A DNA stretch of 64,000 nt from assembly GCA_963727445.1 (NCBI GenBank), contig CAVSGI010000010.1:192001-256000 (forward strand), given 5' to 3'. This DNA comes from an uncultured delta proteobacterium (GTDB lineage Bacteria; Myxococcota_A; Polyangia; Polyangiales; B10-G4). Both the position numbers and the translations under genes were made by a program. Below the pieces are notes generated by a model. It did not search any database, had not been told where the DNA came from, and was given only the letters and a program-made list of their open reading frames with translations. The number at the start of each line of letters is the position of its first letter. The stretch's first letter is position 1. This document shows, in pieces, positions 21,435 through 31,432 of the stretch.

Positions 21435-22816
21435 TGCGGAGCGCGCTCCCACTCGCGTCGCTCTTCCTGCTCCTCGGCGGCTGTGTGGCCATCGATGATT
21501 ACTCGAAGTTCAGCTTCGACGGATCCGCTCCCCCGACGGATGCGCGCGTGGATGGTGGAGGCCCCGACGCATCGGACGGTGGCTCGGACACCGGCACCAT
21601 GCCGCTGGGGATGTGCGACTCGCCGTGCCTCACGGACGCCTATCTCGACTTCTCGACGGAGCAGGGCACGGGAACGCTGGCCTGGCGCTATCAGGGCCAG
21701 ACGTTCGCCGACCCCCTCGAGTACTTCGACCTGGTGCCGGGCAGCGATCCCGACAGCTGGGCCGCGACCCCGGCCCCGCCGTCGATCGCGCGCTGCCCCG
21801 ACGCCGCGTCGCTCTGCACGGCCCCCGGGCTCCTGCTGGAGGCCGGCGCCGACACGGGCCCGGTTCTCGTGACCACCGTCGAGGCCACCGGACGCTACAG
21901 CGTCGATCTCTCGGCGGAGCCGATCGGCGCCGCGCCCACCGAGCTCTGGGTCAGCCGCAACGCAGCGCCGGATCTCGTGGGCCGGCTCGTGGTCGACCCG
22001 ATGGGAGGGCCGACCACGGCCACGGCGGCCTTCGAGGCGGTCGCGGGTGACCGGATCGTGGTCGCGCTCCGAAATCCGACGGGCGCGAGCGACGCGAGGG
22101 TCGCGGCCAACGTCCGCCTCAGCACCACCGCCTCGCCTTCCCGATGCGAGCACGTCGCCACCTTCGACGGCGACCTCGACGACGCCTGCGGCGGCGAGCC
22201 GTATGCGGCGGACGGCTCGGGAACGCTGCCCGCGCTCGCCCCCGGCCCCGCGCCCTATCTGGGCATGGCACAGGGGCTGGTGTCAGGAAGCTCGACGGGC
22301 GTAGGGCTCATCGCCATGGACGCCAACGTCGACCGCAGCGGAGACTTCACGACGCAGCTCTGGGTCCGCACGACGCGCCAGGACTACGTGACGAGCTCCA
22401 TCTATCAGGACTGGGACGGCACCTCGAGCGCCGGCATCAACTTCTCGATGGAGGACCCGAGCGGCGCCGACCAGGTCGAGGTGAACTTCCTCTACCGCGA
22501 CGCGACCAACACGGAGCACCCGGGCGTGACCTGCACGAGCGGCGATTGCAGCGGCGTCCTGTCCTTCCCGCGGCCGGCGGACGGCCGGTGGTACCACCTG
22601 CGCCTCACGCGGAGCGCCGGCGACGAATCGATCCGCGTCTGCGTCGACGGATTCGAGGTGGCGAGCACGCAGGTCCCTGCAGCCGCCGACCTCACCAATC
22701 CGCTCTCTCCGAAGGTCGGCTTCAACTTCGGTGGCACGCCCACCTACCGCTTCGACGGATTGGTGGACGACATCCGGCAGTACTCCGAAGCGTTCCCCTG
22801 CGCTCCGAGCCCGTGA
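21434..22816 (+). CDS. Lipoprotein with C-terminal LamG-like domain
   Basis: Lipobox LGGC; DFTTQLWV, WYHLRLTR, VCVDG, FDGLVDDIR; TGATG coupling to the TPR gene. Confidence 0.75.
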   Translation: MRSALPLASLFLLLGGCVAIDDYSKFSFDGSAPPTDARVDGGGPDASDGGSDTGTMPLGMCDSPCLTDAYLDFSTEQGTGTLAWRYQGQTFADPLEYFDLVPGSDPDSWAATPAPPSIARCPDAASLCTAPGLLLEAGADTGPVLVTTVEATGRYSVDLSAEPIGAAPTELWVSRNAAPDLVGRLVVDPMGGPTTATAAFEAVAGDRIVVALRNPTGASDARVAANVRLSTTASPSRCEHVATFDGDLDDACGGEPYAADGSGTLPALAPGPAPYLGMAQGLVSGSSTGVGLIAMDANVDRSGDFTTQLWVRTTRQDYVTSSIYQDWDGTSSAGINFSMEDPSGADQVEVNFLYRDATNTEHPGVTCTSGDCSGVLSFPRPADGRWYHLRLTRSAGDESIRVCVDGFEVASTQVPAAADLTNPLSPKVGFNFGGTPTYRFDGLVDDIRQYSEAFPCAPSP

Positions 22817-22921
22817 GGGGCGGGCGCTTCGAGATGGCGCACGATCCGCTCCGACCACGATGAGAGTGATGCCGCCCATGCCCTTCGCCTCCGGCGCCGG
22901 CGCCGCTGACGAGGAGGTGTA

Positions 22922-24328
22922 TCAGATCCCGGGGCCGGAAAAAGGCACGTGCACGACGCGCGTCTCTTCCGGGGCCCCCTCCATCGAGACCTCGACGTTC
23001 GCCTCGAGCCCATCTCGCAGCTGATCCCGGGGCACGGTGGCGAAGACGGGGATGGTGGTGCTCTCGAGAGATGGCAGCTCCACCCGGGTCCGCGGGATCA
23101 CGAAGCTCATGCCGTCGGTCGCCGGCTCGAGATGAAAGACTGCGGGCTCTTCGCGCTTGTTCACCAGGTGGATCTCGTAGCTGTTGCGCACGCCGCCGTC
23201 GTCGGTGAGCACGAAGGGAGGGACGCCTGCCTGGCGCAGCATGTTCGACTCGAAATCCGTCCGGCTCTGGATGGCGAGGCTCGCGACCACCAGGCCGACG
23301 ACGCCGAGCACCGCATAGAACGCGAGCCGGGGGCGCAGGAAGCGTTTCTTCTCGCCTTCGAGCCCGTTGAGCGAGTCGTAGCGGATGAGGCCCGGCGCGC
23401 GCTTCAGCTTGCTCATCACCTCGTCGCACGCGTCGACGCAGTTGGCGCAGCCGATGCAATCGAGCTGCAGACCTTCACGGATGTCGATGCCGGTCGGGCA
23501 GACGACGACACAACGGTTGCAGTCGACGCAGTCGCCGGCGTCGGGGTCCTTGGCTTTGCCCCGCGGCTCCCCTCGCTTCTCGTCGTAGCCGACGATGATC
23601 GAGTCCTTGTCCATGAGGACGGATTGAAGGCGTCCGTAGGGGCAGACGATCAGACAGAGCTGCTCGCGGAAGAAGGCGAAGTTGACGTACATCACGGTCG
23701 TCAGGCCCATCGCCCAGGCGAAGGCCTCGGGGTGCTGGGCGGGGTTGTGACGCACCATCTCGAAGACGCCCGGGAGCGAGACGAAGTAGCTCAGGAAGAT
23801 GTGGGCGACGACCAGCCCGAGCGCGATGAAGGCGGTGTGCTTGACGGTCTTGCGCCACACCTTGTCCCAGCTCCACGGACCGGCGTTGCGCTTGATCCGC
23901 TGCTGTCGCGGCCCCTCGATCAGTCGCTCGATGCGGCGGAAGACGCCCTCGAGGAAGACAGTTTGCGGGCACGCGTAGCCGCACCACACACGGCCGGCGA
24001 GGGCCGTCAGGACGATCAGCAGAAAGCCGATCCCGGTGAGCAGGAAGAAGGCGAGCCAGAAGTCCTGGGCGTTGAAGGTGGCCCCGAGGAGGTAGAACTT
24101 GCGGTCTTCGATGTCGAGGAAGACGGCCGGGTGCCCGCCGACCTGTATCCAGGGAGTGATCGCGTAGATCGCGATCAGGACGGCGAAGCCGATGCGTCGG
24201 AGGGTGGTGAAGCGCCCCTTGACGTCGGCCGGGTGCACCCAGTTGCGATGCCCGTCCTTGCGGAGCGAGCTCGCGCGATCGTCATTCACGACTGGGAGGC
24301 GGGTGGACATCGGCCTTTCGCGATCCAT
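22922..24328 (-). CDS. ccoG: cbb3 oxidase accessory protein CcoG/FixG
   Basis: GRVWCGYACPQTVF, CPYGRLQ, CVDCNRCVVVCPTGIDIR, CIGCANCVDACD. Confidence 0.95.
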   Translation of the reverse strand: MDRERPMSTRLPVVNDDRASSLRKDGHRNWVHPADVKGRFTTLRRIGFAVLIAIYAITPWIQVGGHPAVFLDIEDRKFYLLGATFNAQDFWLAFFLLTGIGFLLIVLTALAGRVWCGYACPQTVFLEGVFRRIERLIEGPRQQRIKRNAGPWSWDKVWRKTVKHTAFIALGLVVAHIFLSYFVSLPGVFEMVRHNPAQHPEAFAWAMGLTTVMYVNFAFFREQLCLIVCPYGRLQSVLMDKDSIIVGYDEKRGEPRGKAKDPDAGDCVDCNRCVVVCPTGIDIREGLQLDCIGCANCVDACDEVMSKLKRAPGLIRYDSLNGLEGEKKRFLRPRLAFYAVLGVVGLVVASLAIQSRTDFESNMLRQAGVPPFVLTDDGGVRNSYEIHLVNKREEPAVFHLEPATDGMSFVIPRTRVELPSLESTTIPVFATVPRDQLRDGLEANVEVSMEGAPEETRVVHVPFSGPGI

Positions 24329-24332
24329 GCGG

Positions 24333-25055
24333 TCACCCCGCCGTCTCGTCAGCCCCCTCGGTGTCGTTTTCCTCCGCACCCGCGCCCGTGCCCGCACCCG
24401 CGTCCGTCTCTGCCTCCGTGCCCGCTGCGTCCGTGTCCGCCGCCGCGTCCGTGTCCGCCGCCGCGTCCGTTCCGGCATCGGTGGCGTCGCCGTCCCCGGC
24501 AGGCGGCCAGAGCTCGCCTTCCGGAGGCTTGCCCTCCACGTTCGTGTTTCGGAGCGTCAGCACGTAGGCGGTCACCTGCTTCGCGCCGGTGGGCCCGAGG
24601 ACCGACAGCCAGTTGGGCATGCCCTTCTCGAGAACGCCCGTCGTGACCGTGTGGAAGATGTCCTGAACGCTGCCGCCGTGGATCCAATAGGCGTCCGTGA
24701 GGTTCGGGCCGATGTCCCCCTGTCCCTGCTCCTTGTGGCAAGCCACGCAGTTGGCCGCGAAGATGGCGGCCCCCGCCTGCGCGGCCTCCTCGTCGCCCTC
24801 CAGGGCCTCCAGCTCCTCGGGGGTCACCGGTGGGAAGCGCTCCAGATGCGCGGCCACCGCCTCCTCGTACTGCGCGTGGATCGAAGGCCAGAGGTCGAAC
24901 TCGTGGAGGCCGAACCAGTAGAGCACCGCGAAGACGACCGCGCCGTAGAAGGTGACGAGCCACCAGAAGGGCAGGTCGTTGTCCGCCTCCTCGATGCCGT
25001 CGTACTCGTGGATGATCTCGCCCTGGATCTCATCCTTTCTGTGCACTTCGCTCAT
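24333..25055 (-). CDS. ccoP: cbb3-type cytochrome c oxidase subunit III (monoheme)
   Basis: HEYDGIEEADNDLPFWW N-terminal motif, CVACH, GPNLTD, KGMP; acidic low-complexity tail. Confidence 0.92.
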   Translation of the reverse strand: MSEVHRKDEIQGEIIHEYDGIEEADNDLPFWWLVTFYGAVVFAVLYWFGLHEFDLWPSIHAQYEEAVAAHLERFPPVTPEELEALEGDEEAAQAGAAIFAANCVACHKEQGQGDIGPNLTDAYWIHGGSVQDIFHTVTTGVLEKGMPNWLSVLGPTGAKQVTAYVLTLRNTNVEGKPPEGELWPPAGDGDATDAGTDAAADTDAAADTDAAGTEAETDAGAGTGAGAEENDTEGADETAG

Positions 25056-25228
25056 CGGTCGTCCTCCCGCAACGGAAGCGCAGCGAGGCGCTCGAGCTCG
25101 CTCTTCGGCCGGAAGAGCGCGCGAAGGGAGACCGTGATGAACACGGTCATGAAGATGGCGAGCGCGATGATCGGGTAAACGAGCACCGGGCTACGCGCGA
25201 AGAAGTCGCCTGCGAACCATCCGAGCAC
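25052..25228 (-). CDS. ccoQ: CcoQ-like small membrane subunit (58 aa)
   Basis: Manual translation from GTG after GAGGAGG: MLGWFAGDFFARSPVLVYPIIALAIFMTVFITVSLRALFRPKSELERLAALPLREDDR; single TM plus LPL.ED; lies between ccoO and ccoP. Confidence 0.75.
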   Translation of the reverse strand: MLGWFAGDFFARSPVLVYPIIALAIFMTVFITVSLRALFRPKSELERLAALPLREDDR

Positions 25229-25238
25229 GATAGCCTCC

Positions 25239-27568
25239 TCACTCCGCCTGGTTCAGCGCGACGGCCTCTTCCCCGTCGTCGCCTTCGTTGTCGGCCGGCA
25301 GCTTGCCCAGCCGTTGCAGATACGCGATCAGCGCCACCATGTGGCTGTCCGGCGCCGCCTCGAAGCCCTTCTCCCGAAGCCCGTCGGCGATGACCTGACC
25401 CGCCGCGCGCGCGTCGTCCGCGCCGCTCTGGATGTCGTCGGCCGAGTACGGGACGCCCACGCTGCGCATGGCGCGCATCTTCGCGGCGGTCATGTCCAGA
25501 TCGATTCGCGAGTCGAGGAGATGCGCGTACGGAGGCATCAGGGAGCCCGGTGTGATCTGCCGCGGATCGACCAGGTGCTGGTAGTGCCAGTCGTCCGAGC
25601 GCAGGCCGCCCTCGTGTGCGAGGTCGGGCCCGGTGCGCTTGCTGCCCCACTGGAAGGGGTGGTCGTAGATGCTGTCGTCGAGGGTGGAGTAGCGGTTGCC
25701 GTAGCGCGCGGTCTCCCAGGCGAAGGGGCGGACCATCTGCGAATGGCAGACGTAGCAGCCCTCGCTCAGGTAGACGTCCCGGCCGTGGAGCTCGAGAGAC
25801 GTGTAGGGGACGTTCTCGGTGGCGCGCGCGTCCTCGGTGGTCGTGATGACCAGCGGGATGATCTCGGCGACGCCGCCGACCAGGACGCCCACCACGACAA
25901 GCACCGTGAAGATCAGCGCGCGGCCCTCCAGAAGCGCATGCCAGGCCGGCATGCCTTCCTTGCGGCCCCTGATGATCGCGATGCTGCCGCCGATGCCGAT
26001 CGTCGCCGCGACGATGAGCGCCACGGTGGCGAGCGTCTCGTTCAAGAAACCGATGGTGAGGGTGGCGGCGACCGTCCCGTAGACGACGAGCATCGGCTTG
26101 CCGAAGACCAGACCCGTCCAGGGGAGCTCGTCCTCCTTCTTCTCGGCGACGGCCACCTCGACCTCGGTGTCGACCGCCTTGCCCGACTTCGCCGTCATCC
26201 AGATGTTCCAGGCGAGCATCAAGAAGCCGACGAGGTAGAGGCTGCCGCCGATCAGGCGCATCACGTACATCGGACGCAGCGCGATCACCGTCTCGACGAA
26301 GTTCGGATACATCAGGCCGCCGGTGACCTCGTTCTCGGCGCGCCACATCAGGCCCTGGGTGACGCCTGCGACCCACATGGCGACGACGTAGAGAAGGATG
26401 CCGAAGGTCCCGAGCCAGAAGTGGTAGTTGGCGACTTTTTCGCTGTAGAGCTTCGTGTCCGTACAGGCGCGGGAACATCCAGTAGAACATCCCCGCAGCC
26501 ATGAAGCCGTTCCATCCGAGGCGCGCCCGCGTGGACGTGGCCGATGATCCAGTCGGTGTAGTGAGCGAGGCCGTTGACCGCCTTGATGGAGAGCAAGCGG
26601 GCCCTCGAAGGTCGCTCATGCCGTAGAAGGTCACGCCTGCGGCGAAGAACTTCAGCACCGGGTCCTTGCGGAGCTTGTCCCACGCGCCGCGCAGGGTCAG
26701 CAGGCCGTTGATCATGCCGCCCCAGCTCGGCGCCCAGAGCATGAGGCTGAAGATCATGCCGAGGGTCTGCGCCCACTCGGGGAGCGCGGTGTAGAGCAGG
26801 TGGTGGGGTCCGGCCCAGATGTAGATGAAGACCAGACCCCAGAAGTGCACGATCGACAGCCGGTAGCTGAACACCGGTCGCTCCGCTGCCTTCGGCAGGA
26901 AGTAGTACATGATCCCGAGGATCGGGGTGGTCAGGAAGAAGGCGACGGCGTTGTGGCCGTACCACCACTGGACGAGCGCGTCCTGGACGCCGCCGAAGAT
27001 CGAGTAGCTCCCGAAGGCGGAGTAGGGGATCGCCAGGGAGTTCACGATGTGCAGCACCGCGATGGTGATGATGGTCGCGATGTAGAACCAGAGCGCGACG
27101 TAGAGCTGCTTTTCGTTCCGCTTGAAGAGCGTCCAGAAGAAGTTGACGGCGAAGATGACCCAGACGACCGCGATGGCGATGTCGATCGGCCACTCGAGCT
27201 CCGCGTATTCCTTGGAGGTGGTGATGCCGAGGGGGAGCGTGATCGCGGCGGAGACGATGATCCCCTGCCAGCCCCAGAAGTGGAGCCCAGCTGAGCTTGT
27301 CGCTCGCCATCCGCACCTTCAGGAGGCGCTGCGTCGAGTAGTAGATGCCGGCGAAGAGCATGTTGCCGACGAACGCGAAGATCACCGCGTTCGTGTGCAA
27401 GGGGCGCAGGCGCCCGAAGCTCAGGTAGGGCGGGAGGTTCGCCTGCCAGAAGGCCAGCTGCAGGGCGATGGTGACCCCGACCAGCATTCCGACGATTCCC
27501 CAGATGATGGAGGCGCTGGCGAAGTACCGCGCGATCTTGTCGTCGTAGACGATGGTTTGTTTCTTCAT
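25239..27568 (-). CDS. ccoN: Fused cbb3-type cytochrome c oxidase subunits I/II (CcoN-CcoO), frameshifted in this sequence
   Basis: FGRLRPLHTNAVIFAF, WWYGHNAV, WAGPHHL (CcoN) continuing into EGCYVCHSQMVRP, WGSKRTGPDL (CcoO); frame changes near 27290 and 26450-26620. Confidence 0.92.
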
Positions 27569-27816
27569 CCGTCTCCGCTCCCAGTCCCTTCGGCGCAAGA
27601 CTTGCGGCGAGCCGCAGGTTGCGCGTCCACCTGTTCATTTCCCGTGCCGCCAGATGAGGACATCTGGGTACGGAGTTGCGCGTCCTCTTCGAGCGGCAGG
27701 AGCGCGAGCCTGTCCGCGTGGTCGTAGACGTGCTCCCGCAGGCCCCAGGCGAAGAAGCCGATGGCGCCGGTCACGAGCACCAAACTCACGAATATCAGCA
27801 GGATCAGGACCTCCAC
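27565..27816 (-). CDS. ccoS: cbb3 oxidase maturation protein CcoS/FixS
   Basis: MEVLILLIFVSLVLVTGAIGFFAWGLREHVYDHADRLALLPLEED, between ccoI and ccoN. Confidence 0.85.
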   Translation of the reverse strand: MEVLILLIFVSLVLVTGAIGFFAWGLREHVYDHADRLALLPLEEDAQLRTQMSSSGGTGNEQVDAQPAARRKSCAEGTGSGDG

Positions 27817-30193
27817 AGGGGGCTCCTCCGCGACAGGGACCAGGTGGTGAAGGCCAGGATCAGAAGGCTCGATGTGGGCATCAGCACGGCGGCGACCCAC
27901 GGCTTCATCAATCCGGCCCAGGCGAGGCCGACAGCGACGAGGTTGTAGAGGACGGCGAAGGCGAGGTTCCGGCGCACGACTTGCGTTAGGGCCTCGGATG
28001 CGCGCAAAGCGAGCGCCAGCGGCCCCAGGCCCGGGGTGACGAAGTAGAAGTCCGAGCGTGCTGGCATGAAGGGGCGGTCGATGGCGGGTGTGCCCGAGCA
28101 GAACGCCGCGTCGGCGGCCATCGCGTCGTTGATGCCGTCGCCCACCATGAGCGTGTCCTCTTCGTCGTGCGCCGCGAGCCAGGCGGCCTTGTCCTCGGGC
28201 CGCTGGCCACCGAGGGCGCGCTCCTCTTCGATGCCCAGCTCGCCGGCCATGCGAGCGACCCGTGCGTTCGCGTCGCCGCTGAGGATGAAGAGCGCGTAGC
28301 CGGCGTTCGACAGGCGAGCGATCTCCCGCGCGGCGTCGGGGCGAAGCCGCTCGCGCGTTCCGATGCGCGCGCGGACCTGGTGATCGACGGCGAAGACGAG
28401 GTCGTCGTCTTCGACCTTCGGGGGCGAGCCACTCGGGCGCGCCCAGCCGGTAGAGGTGCCCATCGATGGCCGCTTCGAGTCCGCGTCCCACGTGCTCGAC
28501 AACGGCCACCTCGGGCCGAAGGTTGAGGCCAAACTCGTCGAGGGCACGCTTGACCGCCTCGCTCTTGGGGTGCGAGCTCCGGGCGGCGAGGTCGTACAGG
28601 GCGCGCAGCTCCTCGTCGGTGAGGGCCTCGAGCGCCGCCGCGATCCTCGAGGGCGAGGGCGGCGGTGGTGAGCGTGCCCGTCTTGTCGAAGACGATCTTG
28701 CGGACGCGCCGCGCCCGGTCGAGGAAGCCCGCGCGCCGGACGAAGAGCCCCGCGCGACGGAGGCCGGCGAGCACCAGCTCGTAGGCGATCGGCGTGGCGA
28801 TGCCGAAGGCGCAGGGGCACGTCACCACCAGCACCGCGATGGCGACCTCGAGGCCGCGCATCCCGTCCCCCATCGCGAAGGTCCAGAACCCGAGGCCGGC
28901 GCCCGCCGCCATCAGCACTGCGATCACGTAGATCGTGGACACCTTCTGCCAGAAGCGGCCGCGCCCGAACCCCTCGCCGTCCTCGGCGCGGGTGCTCCGG
29001 AGCAGCGTCGCCAGCGAGGAGTGGGCGAAGTCGTCCTCGGTGACCACGCGGAGCGCGCTCCGGCCGACGTTGAAGGCGCCCGCAGGAACCACCGCACCCT
29101 CCGAGAAGTGGCGCGGGCGGCTCTCTCCGTCGATCCAGGACAGGGAGAGGGTGGCCCCTTCGCTCTCGAGGCGCGCGTCGACAGGGACGAGGTCGCCAGG
29201 CGCGATCAGCAGCGTGTCGCCCTTCGCGAGCGAGGCGCAGCGCACGAGCTCGACCTTCCCCTCGGCCACGCGCCGCGTCTGCAGGCCGTCGACGCCGTCG
29301 CTCTCGAGCAGCCGGCGTCGGTTTGCCGTCAGGGCGCGCTCCGTGAGGAAGCGCCCGAGGAGCATCAGCGCGACGAAGACCGTCAGCGAGTCGAAATAGA
29401 CCGCGCGCGCCTGTCCGAAGAAGAAGGACCAGGTCGAGCCGCCGAAGGCCAGCGCGATCCCGAGCGCGATGGGGACGTCGAGGTGGAGCACGCCGCGGCG
29501 GAGCCCTTCGACCGCGCCGCGAAAGAAGACGCTGCCGCCCACCAGCACCGAGATGACGGCGAGGGCGTAGCTCACCTGGTGCATGAAGGTGAAGAGCCGG
29601 CCTTCGGCGAGGCCCAGGTAGATGGCTGCCGCGAAGAGCATGGTGTTGCCGGCCAGGGCGATGGCGATGCCCGTGCGCAACAGGAGCTCGTCGATCCCGC
29701 GGTCCTCTTTCTTGAGCGCCGGCCCGAAGACGTAGCCGAAGCGTTCGACGTCGGCGACGAAATCGCGAAGCGGGAAGCTCCCGTCGATGGTCATGTCGAC
29801 GCGGCCGAGGGCCGGGTTGACGACGATGCTCGTCCCGCCGCGCTTGTCGAAGAGCTCCTGCACCAGCCAGACGCACGCGGCGCAATGGATCCCCTGAAGG
29901 TCCATGCCCACCTGACAGAGCCCCTGGCTCTCATTCAGTCGGCCTTCGTAGGGCTCGAGCCACTTGTCGTCCCGCGCTCCCCCCGACGCCTCCGGGACCG
30001 GGACGCCTCGCGCGCCCCGCAGATCGTAGAAGCGTTCGAGGCCCTCGCTGCGTAGGAGCTGGTAGACCGCGCGGCAGCCCCGGCAGCAGAAGTCTCCTTC
30101 CTCGCCGGGGATCGGCAGACCGCAGTGGGCGCAGGCCGCATCGGTGCGACCGAGGCTCAGGGGGGCGGCGATTGCGGGTCCGACCTCTCCCAT
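27804..30193 (-). CDS. ccoI: Heavy-metal (Cu) translocating P1B-ATPase CcoI/FixI, frameshifted
   Basis: CAHCG/CCRGC N-terminus, HCAAC, TCPCA, FDKTGTLT, MVGDGINDA; frame shifts near 28640 and 28420. Confidence 0.9.
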
Positions 30194-30197
30194 GGCT

Positions 30198-30917
30198 TCA
30201 CTCCGCTACTCCGCAGCAGGTGTGCACGGGGGCTTGGGGCTCGGCGAGGGTTTGCGCCGGTCGGATGGCGATGAAGACCGCAGCGGCGGCGAGGACCACC
30301 GCGAAGAGGCGCATCGCGAGGGGTGACAGGCGGGGGCGAAGGCGCTGGCTGATGAACGCGATCCCCACGACGCCCACGCCGGTGGTGGTCGCGAAGCCGG
30401 TCATCAGGAGCGCGCCTGCGATGGGATGCGCGCTTCCCGCCGCGAGCACCAGCGCCCCGTAGAGCGCGCCACAGGGAAGGAGCGCGGTGGCCGCGCCGAA
30501 GAGGAGCGGGTCGCGCGGCATCTTCGCGAGGAGCCGTTGTCCCAACGAGAGCGTGGGACGGGAGCGAAGCAGCGGCAGGGGGGCGGCTCTTTCCGACGCG
30601 GTCACGGGTCGGTCGACGCGCCACAGGCGATAGGCGGCGACGGCGAGGGCCGCGGCGAAGACCCAGGAGATCAGTGCGCCCGCCCATGCCCCGCTCGCGG
30701 TGCGAACGATGGCGCCGCCGGCGCTGCCGACGAGCGCGCCGAGACCCGCGTAGCTCAGCGTGCGGCCCGCCTGATAGCGGAGCGCGCCGACCTTGCCCGG
30801 ATGCAGCGCCGTGGCGACAGAGGAGAGCGGCCCACACATCGCGGCGCAGTGCGCGATCGACGCGATGCCGGCGAGCGCGCCCGCGACGGCTGCAACTCCG
30901 AGCTCCTCGGCAGTCAT
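30198..30917 (-). CDS. DsbD_2/TauE-like membrane protein of cbb3 clusters
   Basis: HCAAMCGP, YQAGRTLSY, LLPCGALY motifs. Confidence 0.85.
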   Translation of the reverse strand: MTAEELGVAAVAGALAGIASIAHCAAMCGPLSSVATALHPGKVGALRYQAGRTLSYAGLGALVGSAGGAIVRTASGAWAGALISWVFAAALAVAAYRLWRVDRPVTASERAAPLPLLRSRPTLSLGQRLLAKMPRDPLLFGAATALLPCGALYGALVLAAGSAHPIAGALLMTGFATTTGVGVVGIAFISQRLRPRLSPLAMRLFAVVLAAAAVFIAIRPAQTLAEPQAPVHTCCGVAE

Positions 30918-31006
30918 CGACTGCGGAGATACGCGCGCGGTCCATCCCCGCCAGGGGGGAATCGCAAAAAACGCGCAGCCCGTCGCAGACTACGCGTCTT
31001 GGGTAC

Positions 31007-31333
31007 TCAGGCCTTTGCGACCCAGCTCTTGCAGTGACCCTTGGGGTTGATCGGGCCCTTCACCAGCGTGCAGCTCCCGCACTGGCTGTCGTTGCCGGTG
31101 TAGAAACGACACCCGATGCAGTTCTTCTCATCGCCGAAGGGTGACTGCTCGACGTACTCGAGGTTGGTGCGCGTCGCGGCTTCCTCCGCGCTCAGTCCGG
31201 AGATGTCGGAGCAGTCGAGATTGGAGCTGCCGCACGCTTGGAGGAGCGCCGCGCCACCCGCCGCGAAGGGGATGACGGAGAGGCTGATCTTGAGGGCGCT
31301 GCGTCGAGAGATCTTGTCGTCGTCCTGGGCCAT
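31007..31333 (-). CDS. High-potential iron-sulfur protein (HiPIP), Tat-exported, possibly lipidated
   Basis: Tat motif SRRSALK, LQAC; Y...CIGCRFY...C..VKGPINPKGHCKSW HiPIP Cys pattern. Confidence 0.85.
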   Translation of the reverse strand: MAQDDDKISRRSALKISLSVIPFAAGGAALLQACGSSNLDCSDISGLSAEEAATRTNLEYVEQSPFGDEKNCIGCRFYTGNDSQCGSCTLVKGPINPKGHCKSWVAKA

Positions 31334-31432
31334 GGGCTGTTCTCCTTGTGTCATCTGCCCCCCACGTCGAGTGCCGACGCGAAACGTCTGGTGCTATCTA
31401 CGCCCGCTTACTGACAGCGCCACCGGCGCGCG

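Noticed and set aside
24410..24470. 18-bp direct repeats in the ccoP 3' end
   Set aside because: They encode a low-complexity TDAAAD tail; ordinary intragenic repeat.
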